This document shows, in pieces, positions 45,084 to 58,200 of a stretch of DNA of 64,000 nucleotides; the first letter of the stretch is position 1; each line of letters starts with the position of its first letter. The notes beneath the pieces are model-generated. The model did not search any database. It was not told the origin of the DNA and worked only from the letters and a program-made list of their open reading frames with translations. The stretch is from an uncultured Bdellovibrionales bacterium (lineage in GTDB: Bacteria; Bdellovibrionota_C; UBA2361; SZUA-149; CAZDWZ01), in contig CAZDWZ010000005.1 in the NCBI GenBank assembly GCA_964509425.1, positions 277,859 through 341,858 on the forward strand, in the 5' to 3' direction. A program made the position numbers and the translations under genes.

Positions 45084-46121
45084 TCACGGGAGCGGATCGA
45101 GGCCGATCGCGTTCCGTGCGGAGTTCGCCTGGTCCCGATACATATCCCTCTGGCCTTCGAGAAGCGTGATCGTCGCGCCCATCTGCTCGATCTCGGTGAG
45201 CCGCCGAGCGAGCTGTTCCTCGCGCGCTCGGATCGCCGCTTCCCTCTGGTCGAGCTGGAGTGCGGTGCGGTCCATCTCCCGCTGCCGCGCGTCGTGCTGC
45301 GTCCGAACTCGCTCCGCCTGTTCCTCAGCGGTGCCGATCTCCAGCTTCGCCGCGGTGACCAAAGCGGTGAACTCGTCCGCCCTGCTCCGGGTCGCCTCCA
45401 CGCCTTCGCGGAAGAGGCCCGAGAGCGTCGCCGCGTCCCACTTCAGCGCATGTCGCCGCCACCAGTGCGTGACGCAGAGCCACGTGTGCGCCCAGATCCA
45501 GACCACCCCGTAGGCGAACCAGTTCGGCTTCATGACCTGCCCGAGTTCCTCGGCGCCGTCCTGCTCGCGTACGCGATCGGGAACCTGGCGCTTCACTTCA
45601 CTGTTCAGCGCGGACCAGATCGGCGCGAGTACCTCCACGCCGGCGACCAGCACGAACTCTTTCCACTCCTTGAGCGTGAAGACGAGCTGTCCGCCGGGGT
45701 CCTTCGTGAGCAGGTAGCGCGTGTCGAGTGACAATGCCGGAACCGGGTCGTCCCGCTTGCGGCGCTCCGGCGAGAGCAGGATCGACTTCACTTTCGTCAT
45801 CTCTCCCGCCCAGAGGAGCGTACCGCTCTGGTTCGGCAGCACGTCGCCGAACTTCTTGCGGTAGCTGCCCATCACTTCCGAGATGAACGCGCCGAAGATC
45901 GTCTGGTCGGCGAGCGGCGAGTTGCGGCGCTTCTTCTTCCGAGAGTTGTCGTGGGTCGCGTGCAGGTGGCACGCAACGAGAAGCAGGATCTCTTCGACGC
46001 TGATCCAGATGTGTTCCGCGGTTTTGTCGTCCCGCTCGATCGTCACTCGATTCTCGGCCGTCTGGTAGACGACGGAGAAGCCTTGGCCAATCATGTGGCG
46101 TAACACTACCGATCCCCCCAA
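45084..46121 (-). CDS. High-GC hypothetical protein with C-terminal coiled coil (second single-gene high-GC island).
   Basis: A 345-aa ORF with TTG start. GC is roughly 65-70% over ~45000-46125, with ~55% flanks. The Arg/Glu/Gln-rich coiled coil ends DARQREMDRTALQLDQREAAIRAREEQLARRLTEIEQ. No recognisable catalytic motif. Confidence 0.5.
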   Translation of the reverse strand: MGGSVVLRHMIGQGFSVVYQTAENRVTIERDDKTAEHIWISVEEILLLVACHLHATHDNSRKKKRRNSPLADQTIFGAFISEVMGSYRKKFGDVLPNQSGTLLWAGEMTKVKSILLSPERRKRDDPVPALSLDTRYLLTKDPGGQLVFTLKEWKEFVLVAGVEVLAPIWSALNSEVKRQVPDRVREQDGAEELGQVMKPNWFAYGVVWIWAHTWLCVTHWWRRHALKWDAATLSGLFREGVEATRSRADEFTALVTAAKLEIGTAEEQAERVRTQHDARQREMDRTALQLDQREAAIRAREEQLARRLTEIEQMGATITLLEGQRDMYRDQANSARNAIGLDPLP

Positions 46122-46298
46122 ACCTTGAACCTTGTGATTGCTCCCTCCCGGTCACTTTTTCCGGGAGGGAAGGGTGCTTGTGATAGCCATCACCGTCCCC
46201 CGGTGGGTTCCGCGATATGCGGATTAAAGGAAAGATCATTTCGATTGGTTTTGCTTGTTTATTCTCTCGCCTCTCGCCGTAGTGCTGTATATTCGTCC

Positions 46299-49200
46299 CT
46301 ATCCCAGGAATGGAAACCGCGATCTGGAGAAATATTCGCTCAACATCCCGGTGCCTTTGTCGGGAAGACGGAGATTCTGCATTCGAGCGTGTCTCGCCGA
46401 GTTTGCCGACATCGCATCGTGGAAGCGAACTTGTGCCTTGTCTCTCTCCCTCGCCTCGGCGTCCGGAGCCTGAGGCTTGATTCGTGGAACTCCGGGCTCT
46501 CCATCGTCGTCGGAGTCCGACTGACCAATTGGGGCAGGCATCGCCGCAAAGAACTCATTTCTTTGCTCTTGAAGCACGTTCGCGGTCTCGAAATCCTTCT
46601 CGTCTTTTTGGTGCTCGGGGTCCTCTAACTCTCTCTGGCCCATATCCTCCCACCAACCGTGCGAGTCGGCGGTGATGACGTCATCGTCCGCGTTTGGAGA
46701 AAGCATTCCCCTGCTCTTGAGGGGGCTGCCCCAGCGGCTCGATTTCCTGCTCAGTCGTTTCAGGAAATCATCGAAATCGTCGTCACCGGTTCCGAAAATA
46801 TCCCAGTTACCAAACAACCACCGGAAGAACGAGAAACGCGTCAAGACATACATAATGAGGAGGAACTTCGGTATGTCATGAAGCATCGTACCGAGGAAAT
46901 CGTAATACCGGCCGAGGAGCCGCCCGATGAAAGAATCTCGGGGCGGGAGGATGCCGAAGCGCCACGGGAGCCCCGGCTTCAGATTCGCCGCTAAGCGGTT
47001 ATACGCTTCGACGATCTCTCGTATTCTTTTCGGATCGCCGTTTGCTTCGGCAATGAGCCTCTCGCAGTGCTCCAAGAGCTTGACCGGGTCGGTGAGCACC
47101 TCGAGATTCTGGACCGCCTTCCGGGATTCGAGGAGCAGCCCGCGTTCTCGCGTGACTCCTCCGTTTCCAAACAGCTCCAGCGTGATGAGGTCTTTGTCGA
47201 TTGGTGTCCGTTTTACTGCGCCTTGTAAGTGTTTCCAGAATGCCTTCGGGTCATTCATGAGATCATGATACAGCTGCTCGTGGTGGCCGGTCGGTCTCGT
47301 CTGTGCAGGGTTCTGTTGATAGCGGAAGAGATCGGCGTCCGTTCGACTCATTCGGCCCTCGGCGGCAATCTTCGCGAGGTTTTCCATTAACCCCGTGCCT
47401 TGATACTCGGCACGCACCCACCCCATTCTCCTCCAGAAAGCGGCTTGATCGGCGATCAGACTAAGTGATCGATCGAACCAGGAGACGAGTCGGGAGGGAA
47501 GCATCCATCGAATGATGTTGAATGCATCACCCACGAGATTAAACGCGTGGTGCAATTTGATATAGGAGATGATTGGCCAGTTGGTCGGGTTCCACCAACC
47601 GCCGCGCTCATGCCATCGCACATCGGCTTCACCTTCCTTCCAAAGGATCTCGTATGCCGAGTCTCTCGCCTCGCGGAGACTCGGCTCGTCCGCTGGATTT
47701 TCACTCGCTTTTTTCTTATAGGCAGCGTCGAGTTCTTCATACGAATACCGGCGGCCTTCGCCTTGCAAACCGAGCTCCTTGAGGGCGAGCGCGCGGGGTT
47801 TTCTTCCGAGCAGCATCAGGAGATGGTCCCGCGCGGCGCCGAGCTCCCTCGTGAGCCAAGGCATCTTCTCGACCTGCGCGTCGTGATACGCTTTTACTTC
47901 CTCGGCCGTGAAGCAGCGAGCTTCCGGATTCATGCCGACCATCTCGAGGGCGAGAGCGCGCTCCTGAATTTTCTTCAGCCGCTTTGCCAGGCTCTCAATC
48001 TGATCAACTCTCGCGACACGGCCGTTCACGCTGCGGAGCAACAGATCCTCTACGAATGACATCGCGGCTTCCACGCGATTTCGGCTCGCCATATCCTTCG
48101 CGTTGGCGAGTGCGGTCTCGTAGTATTTCCGGAATGATTCGTACTTCGCCGCATTCGTCATTTCGCGCGAGAATGCAAACTCGCCTGGGACACCGAGAAT
48201 TTCGCCAACGGTCATCATGTCGCGGAATGCCTGGAGCCGTGCCTCAGAGAATGGATGGTCAACGACGGAATTGTTAATTCGCTGGCGCAAAAGTCCCTTT
48301 TCGGAGACCACCGCCTCCGACTGCCAGGGTGAGCGCAATCGGGTTCCTCGTTCCCCGAACTCGATGAGGAAATCCTCGGTGCAGCGCAGGCGGAGCCCCC
48401 GTTCAGAGGCAAGCAGTGCATTTACCTCCCGCATGTCGACGTTGTTCATCGAGAACACTTCACCGGGTTTCAGTTTTCGGTAGGCCTCCTCGACCGCGCG
48501 ATCGCGCGCTTGACGAACTTCATCGGCGAATTGATTGAGCGCTTTTTTCGTGTGCTGCTGGACAACGTCGGGCGCATGATCTTTTCCGGCCTTCATTCCA
48601 ATCGACGCGTTCAGACGATCTCGCAGATGGAATGTTTCGATTCTTTCCTTGAGGAGCGCGATTGAATCGAGGGACCGGGCGCCTTCCCGGAAAGCGACAA
48701 TTCTAAACGGGTCCTCCGATCGCGTATGAAGCGTGAGGTCCATGAGAAGGTCACGCGAAGCACTGACCTCGCGAATTTCCCGGAGAAGTCTATTCTTCGT
48801 CTTAAGGAACTCCGTTCTCAGAAGTTTGAGGGTCTGTGGGGGCGCGTGGCGACCGAGTGCCGCCACTCGCGCATCATAAACGCTCTCAGCGCGGGCCAGC
48901 TCGCCGTTTAATCTCGTGAGAATCTGTTCCGCGGCGTGGTGGACGGAAAAATCGCCGCGACTCAGGTTATTCCAGAAGTGATATCCGGAGACGTCTCGCA
49001 TGTTCAGAGCGCGTATCGCCGAATTCATATTCCGGTAGATCTGGCAGAGCCGCTCGAAAGTCACAAACTCGTTCAGATGCATTGTGTGCGAAGAGAGACT
49101 TCGGAAGATTCTCGCCGTAGTCCGTCCTTCGACTCCCGATGGAAACTGCTCGAGATAGGTGAAAGCGGCTTCATATTCGGCCCAGAGCGTCGGATCCCTC

Positions 49201-52200
49201 GATTCGACCAATGCACGATACCGTGCCGGGCTATACTCAGAGAGGTGGATATCGCTCCTCAGCGCGTCCGCGTGGTAACCGACCGCTTCGCCCGTGCGGC
49301 TAATGACCTTCTTCGCGCGTGCGATGCCCTCGATATGGAGTTTTGCCAATCGCTCACAGTTCGCGAGTGACAATTTCTCCGATTTGATCGTGGAGTTTAC
49401 CAACCGCGGCGGCATGAGCACTTCGGCGAGGTAAACGAACGGCTTCATGAACCACCAGGCTTCCGAGACACCCGATTGCGGCAATAATCCACAGAGATAT
49501 GTTTCCGCCGCGAGAATGGTTTCGGCATTGGCTCCTGGATTTGCGCGCGCCTTCGACGCCGCATATCGGATCTCGGATTCGGTGAGTGCGTTTAGCCGGC
49601 CGATGTGTTTCCTCGCCTCGATTGCGTGACATGCTTTTGCGAAGCTCGGGTCGGCGAGATTCAAATCTCCATGGCGGAGGATCAGCTCGCGGGCAAGATT
49701 TGCTTGCAGCGCCCTGTTCGGAAATATGATGAGAAAATTGATAGAGCGAAGGAATCGAATCGGGATAATATCGGGGAGCGGAATAATCCAACACATCCAA
49801 TTCTCAATCAAAACGTTTCGAGTGCTCGTCGTCGTTTTCAATCCATAATCGCGAGCGACGACGGTTTCGTGAAGCAGATATTCGCTGATCTTACTGCTCC
49901 CCTGGAACTCGAGTGCCCACCGAAGGTCGCGTGAGATGCAGAACGAATCCCCAAAAATTATTCGTCCGATTCGGTCAAGCTTCATCGACCATGGATCGTA
50001 AAACAGAGCCTGGCCGAGTTGTCGGAACGACCAGACGAGCTGCTCGCCGAATAATTCGGCTATCCGGTACAACCCTCGTTCAATACTCAAGTTCACTGTC
50101 GCCTTCCACACCTCGGACCAAAACACCGGCCGTTTTGAAATGTTGAGTGAGTCATTCATCATCTTCGTTGCGGCATCAATGATTCGAAGGCGCTTCCAGA
50201 GCTCGAATTCCGTGTCGAGTCGGCGGTGCATCGCCTCTCTCCAACCTTCCGGCGTGTCGGGAAGCACATCCCCTGGTTTGTATCCGAGCCAGCGAATCGC
50301 TGCTTCCGTGCTTAATTCACCAGGTTGATATCCACCCTGGAAGCAGGTCGAGAACTCTAAGAGGCCTCCAAGACGCTCGCCGCCCTCATTGACCCGTCCA
50401 AGGAGTTCATCCTCGATCCGCTGAAGCTCTCGAAGTTCTTGTTGAATGCGGTGCTTCTCACTCTCGATGCGCTTCGACTCCTGTTTGAAATATCTTTCCG
50501 ATACCTCCCGGGCATACTTTGAAACGAATTCCTCATTGAGGGAGTGACGGGTCCGCTTCTCGGTGAGACGATTCCGGCGGATCTGGGCCAGCTGCTCGTG
50601 CAGCGAATTCAGTCTCCGGGCGGATTCGTCCACGCTCAATTCCTGTCGCAGTCGCGCCACATTCTCTCGAAGTTTCGCCCGTTCACCTTCCCAATTTGTT
50701 TCGCGAAGTGTTTTCTGAATGCCCTCTCGTTCCGAGAGCAGTTTTCGCTGAAGATCGTCGGCGCCTTTGTTCTGGGGCAGGCGCTTCTCTGCCTCAGCGC
50801 GAATACGTGCTACTTCAAACTCGATCTCTTGGCGTGTGAGCTGAGGGACGTCACTTCCAACCGGGCCTCTTACCGCCTCCGCAACACGCCGAATTTCTCG
50901 TGCGACCTGCGCCCGTTCGAGTTTCAGTTGGCGCTCCCGCCTGGTGGCCGCGTGAGAGAGTTCCGCTTCGGTTGACCCGCGTGCCTTCTCGAGCAGGTCG
51001 GCTCTGGCCTTTTGCCCTTCGGCCGCGACAAACTCCGGGGTCAGCTCGTTGTATCGTTGGTTGAGCCGTTCGAGGCGGCCTTCGGCCGCGTTGCAGCTTC
51101 GTTCAATTTGCGCTCTTCTTGCTTCCGCCTGATCGCTTTCGAGTAAACGTCGAACTTCTCTTGCGCTCTCCACCTCGGCGGCGATCCGCTCATCGGTGAG
51201 TTCCTCCAGCCGTCGCTCCAGCTTTTCACGTTTCCGCGACCAATCCTCTCTCGCGAGTTCCCGCGTGAGCCGCGCCCGTTCTTGCACAACCTCTTCGGTC
51301 TGCTTCAGCTCATTGAGCTCGTTGAGACGCTGCCGAAGCGCCGCCTCGCGCGTGCCACCGTATTCTAGTTCACTCTCAAGCCTTGCCGTCTCCCGTGCGA
51401 GCTCATTCTCTAGACGCCGAGTCTCTCTCTTATGCAAGTTCCTGGCGCGCTGCTCGTGATGCCGCATTGCCTCAGGCAGGGCATTCAATTCGGGGAAGAG
51501 CGACTCTTGCCGCATCATCTCTTTCATCAAGGCCCGTGCTTCGTCATGAGCTTGGATGATGTAGTCGATTGCTTTCTTCCATTCACTCAGCTGTGCTTGG
51601 ATGGAGTCACGCACCAATCCTTCGAAGGCGGCCTCATTCAGTGCTGGGCTTTGGCCCGCAGAACCCCTGAGCTGCGAAAGGTGCTGTCGGGCCGTGGACG
51701 CGACTGCCTCCTCGATGAGCGAGAGAAGTTCCAATTCGATGTGAGAATTGTGTGCCTCTAAGACGCGCTGCGCGTCCTCGGATGCGATTCGCTTGATTTC
51801 GCCGTCCGAGAGTTGACGAATTTCGGCGGGTGCTTCGCGAAGGATCAGCTCCGCCTCGGAGATGGAATGGCGGAAGTTCTCTGCCTGCTGCTCGATCGTC
51901 GCCTGACTTCTTGCCTCGTCATACAATCGGAGCAGCTCATCTTTCGCCTCCATCTTCATTCGCGCGATTTCGGCAGCAACTTGCTCTGGAGCGGCTCCGG
52001 TTCTCGCGGCGTGTTCAATAATCTGCTGCTCGGTGTAAAGATCAAAGTCAAAGCCACATCGCCTCCGGAGTTCGACAATCACGTCGTGTGCGCGGAGTTC
52101 GATCTGCCGAATCCAAGCTTGATTGCAGAGCCTTGCGATCTCCAAATCCTCCGCTAGGCGTGCGGCCTCGAGCGCCGCGGCCCGGAGCCGCGTTGGAGCA

Positions 52201-55200
52201 AGCTCTGCGAGCCGGGCCTTGATCTGTTCGATTCGGCTCCGGAGTTGTCTTGTGAGCTCGAGGTTCCGGGCCGGGTGTTGAAGCGCCCGCTGGAGCTGAT
52301 CGTTTGTGTCGCGAAGTTGGGTTTCCAGTTGTTGTTTTTCATGCACAAGCTCGGCTGCTTTTTCCCGGCGAGTCGATCGGAAAAGTCGCTCCAGCTCCTT
52401 CTTGTTTGTTTGCCGGACCTGTGCTTCGATCTGTGCCAGGCTCCGAGTGGAAGAACCACGGGAATCCGCTCCCGGCGGTACGCCGAGGTCTCTCAGGATC
52501 TTTTGGATGATTTGTTCCGCGTGCTCAGGAGAGAGGTGCTTCATGATTTCCGCGAGCTGCCTCATCCTTCGAGCACTCTCAATTACAACCAACTGCAGCT
52601 GAGGGGATCCAGTGGCTTTGAGTGTGGAGCACAGGCGTGCATCCAATTCTGCCAAGACTCGGGTCGCTTCTTGGACCTGGCGAATGAGCTCAGTGCGTCG
52701 GCGCGTGAGCTGCTCGACCACTTGCGCTTCTTTTGCGAGTGCCTGATCATGTCCGGCCTTCGACAGCTGCTCACGGAGCTCCGCCAGCCGCTCAATCTTT
52801 TCGTCGAAAGTCTTCGCCTTCGCGAGCTCGATGAGTATCTCGCGGGGCACTGCGAGATCAGCGCTTGCCATCGAGCGAGTCAGGATATCGGTGGTCCAGC
52901 GTTCGATATCGTTTACTTGTCGCTCGAGCTTCTGCCAGTTTTTCATCCGGCGGTCGATCTGGATCAACTGCTCCAGCCACTCCTGCTCTTTCAGCACATC
53001 GCGAAGGGACGGCTCTCGGTTGCCGAGATTTCTCCGGAATTCATCGAGTCGCTCGAGTGTTTGACGTTGCTCGATCAGCAACCTGGTAATCTCCGACTCA
53101 ATAGTCTTGGCTCGTTCAGAGGCGTCAAGCTTGGAGTTTTCGTAATCCGATCCCTTCTTCCGCATCTCTTCCACCCGTGCGAGCGCCTTTTCGCGGCGGG
53201 CGAGAAGGGCGGCTTCTACCTGTTCCACGGAGGCCCCCGGAGTGAGTTTTAATCGAGCCGTCGTCGCATCCCGCCGGGTGAAGACCGCGACACGCTCGTC
53301 GATACCGCGAACGTCTTGAAGAACGTGATGCGTGGTGCGCGTTCCTCCTTCTGCGGTCTCCTGACGAGTGGTGCGAATTTGAGACTTCTCAAAACGGGGA
53401 CGAATGGTGCCGTCCGCCTCTTGAAGGCAAAGGAGATCCTTGACGTAGGCGCGGTGTGCTTCGATGAGTCTCTGTTTATGCAGATTCTCTCCAATCATTC
53501 TATTGAGCTGCTTCGCTGTCTCTCCGCTTCTTCCCATCTTTGCATACTCGGCCTCGAGCTCGCCGAGGCGGTCTCTCATCTCCTGGATGCGTCTCATTCG
53601 ATTCGCGTCGGGAGTTTTCTTCTCCATCGCTTCCAGCTTTTTGGTTAGGGTTTCGAACTCTGCACGATTGTTCCGGGCAGCTACGAGTTGCTGATGAAGT
53701 TTTCTAAGCGGGTCAAGTAGTCTGCTCGCCAGGGCGTCGATTTCGGCAGCGGTGTACGGTCTGCCACGGTGCACTGCGCCAAGCTCGTTCGCCGATTTCC
53801 GGAATTGCTCGATGCGGCTCTTTAAGACTTCAAGCGTGGGCACATCCGCCATGCTTCTCGAGTGCGCGAGAAGATGCAGGTGGAGTGCCGCGAGATCTGC
53901 CTGTTCACACATGGCGGCATTTCCCTTATGTAACCGGAGTGCTGCCTCGTGCAGGCGATTGATCGTTTCGGAGTCGAGGATGCGAGCGCCGCCCTTGTCG
54001 CCAAGTGCCGCGAGGGAAGCTTCCATTGCATTGGCTTGAAGACGGAAGGCCCGACGGAGCGCATCCAAGCTGGGGAGGTCGGATGAATTCGTGAAGCTTG
54101 CAAACGATTCTCCGAAAATTGCGACAAAATATCGTTTCGGGTTGTACCACGATCGCGTCTCGGCGGGTGGGATTCTTGCCTCGAGGTACTTATACGCTAC
54201 GTGAATCTCATCGGCGGCTTTCTGAGCAACAAGAAAATCGTGATTGAGCTTGCGGATTTCGTTCAAGAGATCGGCGATCTTTCGTGCCTCCGCCGAGAGA
54301 GGTTCCGTATTCGATCTCCGTGACTCACTCGAGCGTTCCGTGCTCCTTCGCCCTTCTTGAGGTTGCTGAGGTGTCTTGCCCTCCGGATTCCGGGCGTGTT
54401 CGGCCTCTTTCGCTCGATCCAATTGTTCTTGAGTTTTCCGGAGTTCCTCTCGAATCCGCCGCACTTCAGCATTTGCCGGCGCGATCTTCGCGTCATATGC
54501 GGCTTTCAGGAGTTCACCTTCGTAGGGTTGTCCCAGAATGTCGAGTTTTCTGAGAGCCCGATAGGTGTGAGGATCGGACCCATTCATATCGACGTTCCGT
54601 CGCAAGTAGCGGAGCGCGCTTTCCATCTCGGCAACGTCACGATGGTGTTGCGCAGTGGCCTCTGAATTTTTCGCTACTGCTTTCTGAGCGTGTGCCACGA
54701 TCTCCGCGGCAGTTTCGTGGGTGACCATGAAACAATCGTTCCAGAGGCCGAGGCGTTGGAATGCTCCCTCGGTCGACCATTGGTGAGGCCAGCCGATGTA
54801 GTGGCCGAAAATTCTGGGGTGTCCATTCGCATTAAACCAGGATTGAGCGGCTTCACGTAATCTTGCGATTTGGTAGTCGGACATTCCCTTCTGCAATTCG
54901 AGGAGTCGGGCCTCCATTTGGTGGTAGGTCCGCGGGAGGGTATCGGGGTCGACCCCCATTTTGGCGAAGTACGCTTCAGCCTCACCCACTCGCATGTGAC
55001 GGTAGCGGCCCGTTTCGGCGACCCAGAATTCATGCGCATTCGCCTCGCGCATGAGCTTGTTCATTTTTGATATGACTTCCGCCCGGGCTTCGTTTGATTC
55101 GAGACCGCGAGTCGCCTTATCGATGAGCTCTATCCACTGCTCGCGATTCTTAGGGACTTCCTTCAACGTTGGATCAAATTCTTTCGCTCTTTCAAGAAGG

Positions 55201-58200
55201 CGTTCGCGGGCGCGATAATGAATTTGTGGATCCCACGCCCGATGCCCACCGTCGAGGAAGGCTTTGACATTATCTGCCCAGCCTCGTTCGAGAAGTCTGG
55301 CGCGCGCGTTTTGGAGAGACTCGCCAGCAGCACCCCAACGGAACCGTAGTGCATTTCCGAGACTCTCCCCGACATAGTACAGAGCCTGGAGCGAGCGCCA
55401 CATCCAACCGTTTACGGAGGGCCCGAAGAGAAAGGCAGCCCAAGACCCTTCCGGCCGTTGGGGATCCATCAGGCGTCTTGCAGATTCGACGACGGCCTTC
55501 TCCTGCGCCGGAGTCTTTGCGTGCTCCAACGCTTCGTTGATAGTTTTATTCCACTCCTCGAGTGTCCGAGGAGTCTCTTTATTCTCGAGGCCGAGCACTT
55601 TGCGCTGACCTTCTGCGGTTGTAGGGGCTTCCTCCGGAATCGTCCTTGGCCGTGCGGCTTCGGGTGCGCTGCCAGGAGTTTGCTGACCACCGTGACCGTG
55701 AGTGTTTACCGGCTCGATGGGACGGGCCTCAGGGGCGGCTTCTTTTTTCGGTTGTTCCGTCCGCGACTCTTCGGCTCTCCGGGAGTCGTCCGCCTTCTTC
55801 CGCGTTTCGGCAGTATCGTTCGTCCGTCCGCGATGCTGCTCCAGCGGTGTGCGCGGGTGATCGGCTACGACCGGGTTTCCTCCCTCGAGTGGTGAGCCGT
55901 GATGCAATCCGGCATCAGCGAAGAGATTTGGATCAACCGTATCCGGACCTCGAACAACGGGCTGGTGAGAGTCAACAACTGGTTGGCGGGATTCGACGAC
56001 TGGCCGGCCCTCAGTTCCAGTGCCTGGGTGATTATTGACGACCGTATCACCAGCCGGTGCCTCAACGGTGTGGCTTACGAAGACCGTCTCACCATCGGTT
56101 AAGGCACCCTCTTGCACGGGGGTCTCTGCCCTATTCGCCTCTGCAGGCTCGACGACTCGGCGCTCCCCGCCGGTTTCAGCTTCTCGCCCCTCAACTGGGC
56201 GTGTCGATTCTTCACCGGTGCCGGGTTTCTGCTGCTCTGGGGTGGCACCAGTTTTCTTCCCACCGGCTCCTTCCGCCGCTACGGGTTCTGCGATGCCAAA
56301 GGTCCAGCGAAAGCCTTTCACTCCCCCTGTCCAGCAGGCTTTTGCGAAATTCGTGATGCCGGTGAGCGCCGGTTGAGCAATGTATCGCATCCCCAGAACG
56401 AACATCGGAGCCATATACGCGGCATGTGCGGCCCGGTTTGCTCCATCCCTCACACCGTCCTGGAGAGTGCCTCCGATGTTTGAGACGAGTCCGATGAGAC
56501 CCTTCTCCATCCCGACGTCTACCATCTTCATCCCGATTCCCGAGACGAATTCCGCCGTCATCATGCCGCTTGTCTCCGTAATTAGCGAGACGACGATATT
56601 GTGCGTGAAGTCGGAAACGGCCCTCTTGATGAATTCGTTCTCCATCGCCGCGAGAGCGTTCTTGCTGAACCCTCCGGCGAGAATCTCTGCCGTGGTGAGA
56701 CCATGAACTTTGTTTCCGAGAGACAGGAGGACGACACGATTACCGACGAACTCCGCGATAGCATGAGAACAGCCCATGGTGATCGTGAGTGCGAGACCTT
56801 CGACTGCGGCGTGATTGATGTCGTGTTTGTATTCGTCGGTGAAGAGATTGTAGGCGATGGGGACAATAAGACAATTTTGGAGAATGGAATTCTCCCCGAA
56901 GGATTCAGTCCAGTCCCGGCGGAACATCTGGTATCCGTCGCCCCGGATGCCGTATTTGATTAACGTCGTGGTTGCCAAGCTCGTCGCACTGATGAACCCG
57001 AAGGTTACATACCAAGCGGCACCGCCGGTAAAAAATCCTGCCACAGTGACGGCCGCAATCGTTCCTACCATTTGAACGCGCTCGGCCATTGCGTTCTTCA
57101 TCTCCCGGAGCATCGTGGCGCTCTCCTGGCAGATGTGATTGCGAGTCAGATACTCTTCGCAGATTCCGTGGGACAATTCGTAAATGATTGGCTCCGTTTG
57201 TATCGAGCCCGATCGCGTGCGACGCCCTCGCGACTCTGATTCTCGGCGCTGAGGGCTGGCAAGCCAAAGTTCGGTTTGTCGATCATGAAATGATTTTAGC
57301 TCGGCGATCTGTCGGTCGAGGTGAGCAGCGTTAAGAAGGCTTCTCCCGGTATTTACTGACCAACTTCCCCAGCCGATGCCGCCGGATTGCTCGTGTACCT
57401 TTCGACGCTCAAGTCGTTCGATCATCTCGCTTCCAGTAAGCGCATTTCCCGGAACGAGGTCGTTCCGGAAATCGAACCGATCGTCTCCGGTAAGCTTCCG
57501 AGATCCGTAATCTTCGAGAGACTCGGCGCTGATGCCGTTTTCTTTCAAGTACTGGACGAAGTCGTCGCTCAGCTTGTCGATGCAATCCCGTTTTCCATCG
57601 GGATCGTAGGCGGCCTTGTCCTCCGCCGTCCGAAATCGATTTTCCATGGCGCTCCGAATGACGGCCATGTCTCGTTTTCCAGTAATCCCTGAGAGGGCTT
57701 CGGCGAGCTTCTGAACGCTATCTAAATCACCGCTCTGCAGACGGTGGCCGAACGAAGCGGCCCGGAGTTTGCCGAGATTTTGTGTGTTCAACCTTCGGTC
57801 CGCATCCGTCCGGAGATTATCACCTTGATAGCAAAGGCTGTATTGCTCTTCGATTCTCCGGTTGTGCTGAACCTGCGCTCTTCTTGCCGCTTCAGTGTAG
57901 GCTTCGAGCTGCCGCCGGTACTCAGCGCCGTTCCCGGCTTTGAGATGTCCATCCAGAACTCGCTTCTGCTCGTCATTGGGCCGAAAGTGGAATTGAACCG
58001 GCGTGTTAACGAGGTTGTAGTTAATGTTCCCGCCGTTTATTGCGAGGCCGTATCGGATGATGCACGCATCGGCTTTTGCGTAGAGCTCTCGTCGTTCTGT
58101 GGCCTTGGCGGGATCCTTTCCGAGTGCTGCGGCATTTGCCAGAGCCTGGAGCGCTTCGAGAGCCGGAGCATTCTCTGACCCGGTTCCCAACCTCGCTTTG

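Noticed and set aside
45003-45731. A 242-aa plus-strand ORF, with others, overlapping the high-GC gene at 45084-46121.
   Set aside because: A typical high-GC antisense or off-frame artefact. The minus-strand frame has the start context and the coherent protein-like sequence.
52245-53252. A 335-aa ORF on the plus strand inside the giant gene, with many similar ORFs across 46.5-60.5 kb.
   Set aside because: It is antisense to a much longer, compositionally coherent ORF. Coiled-coil codon bias (CTC/GAG/CGC repeats) generates long stop-free antisense frames. It has no SD and no motifs.
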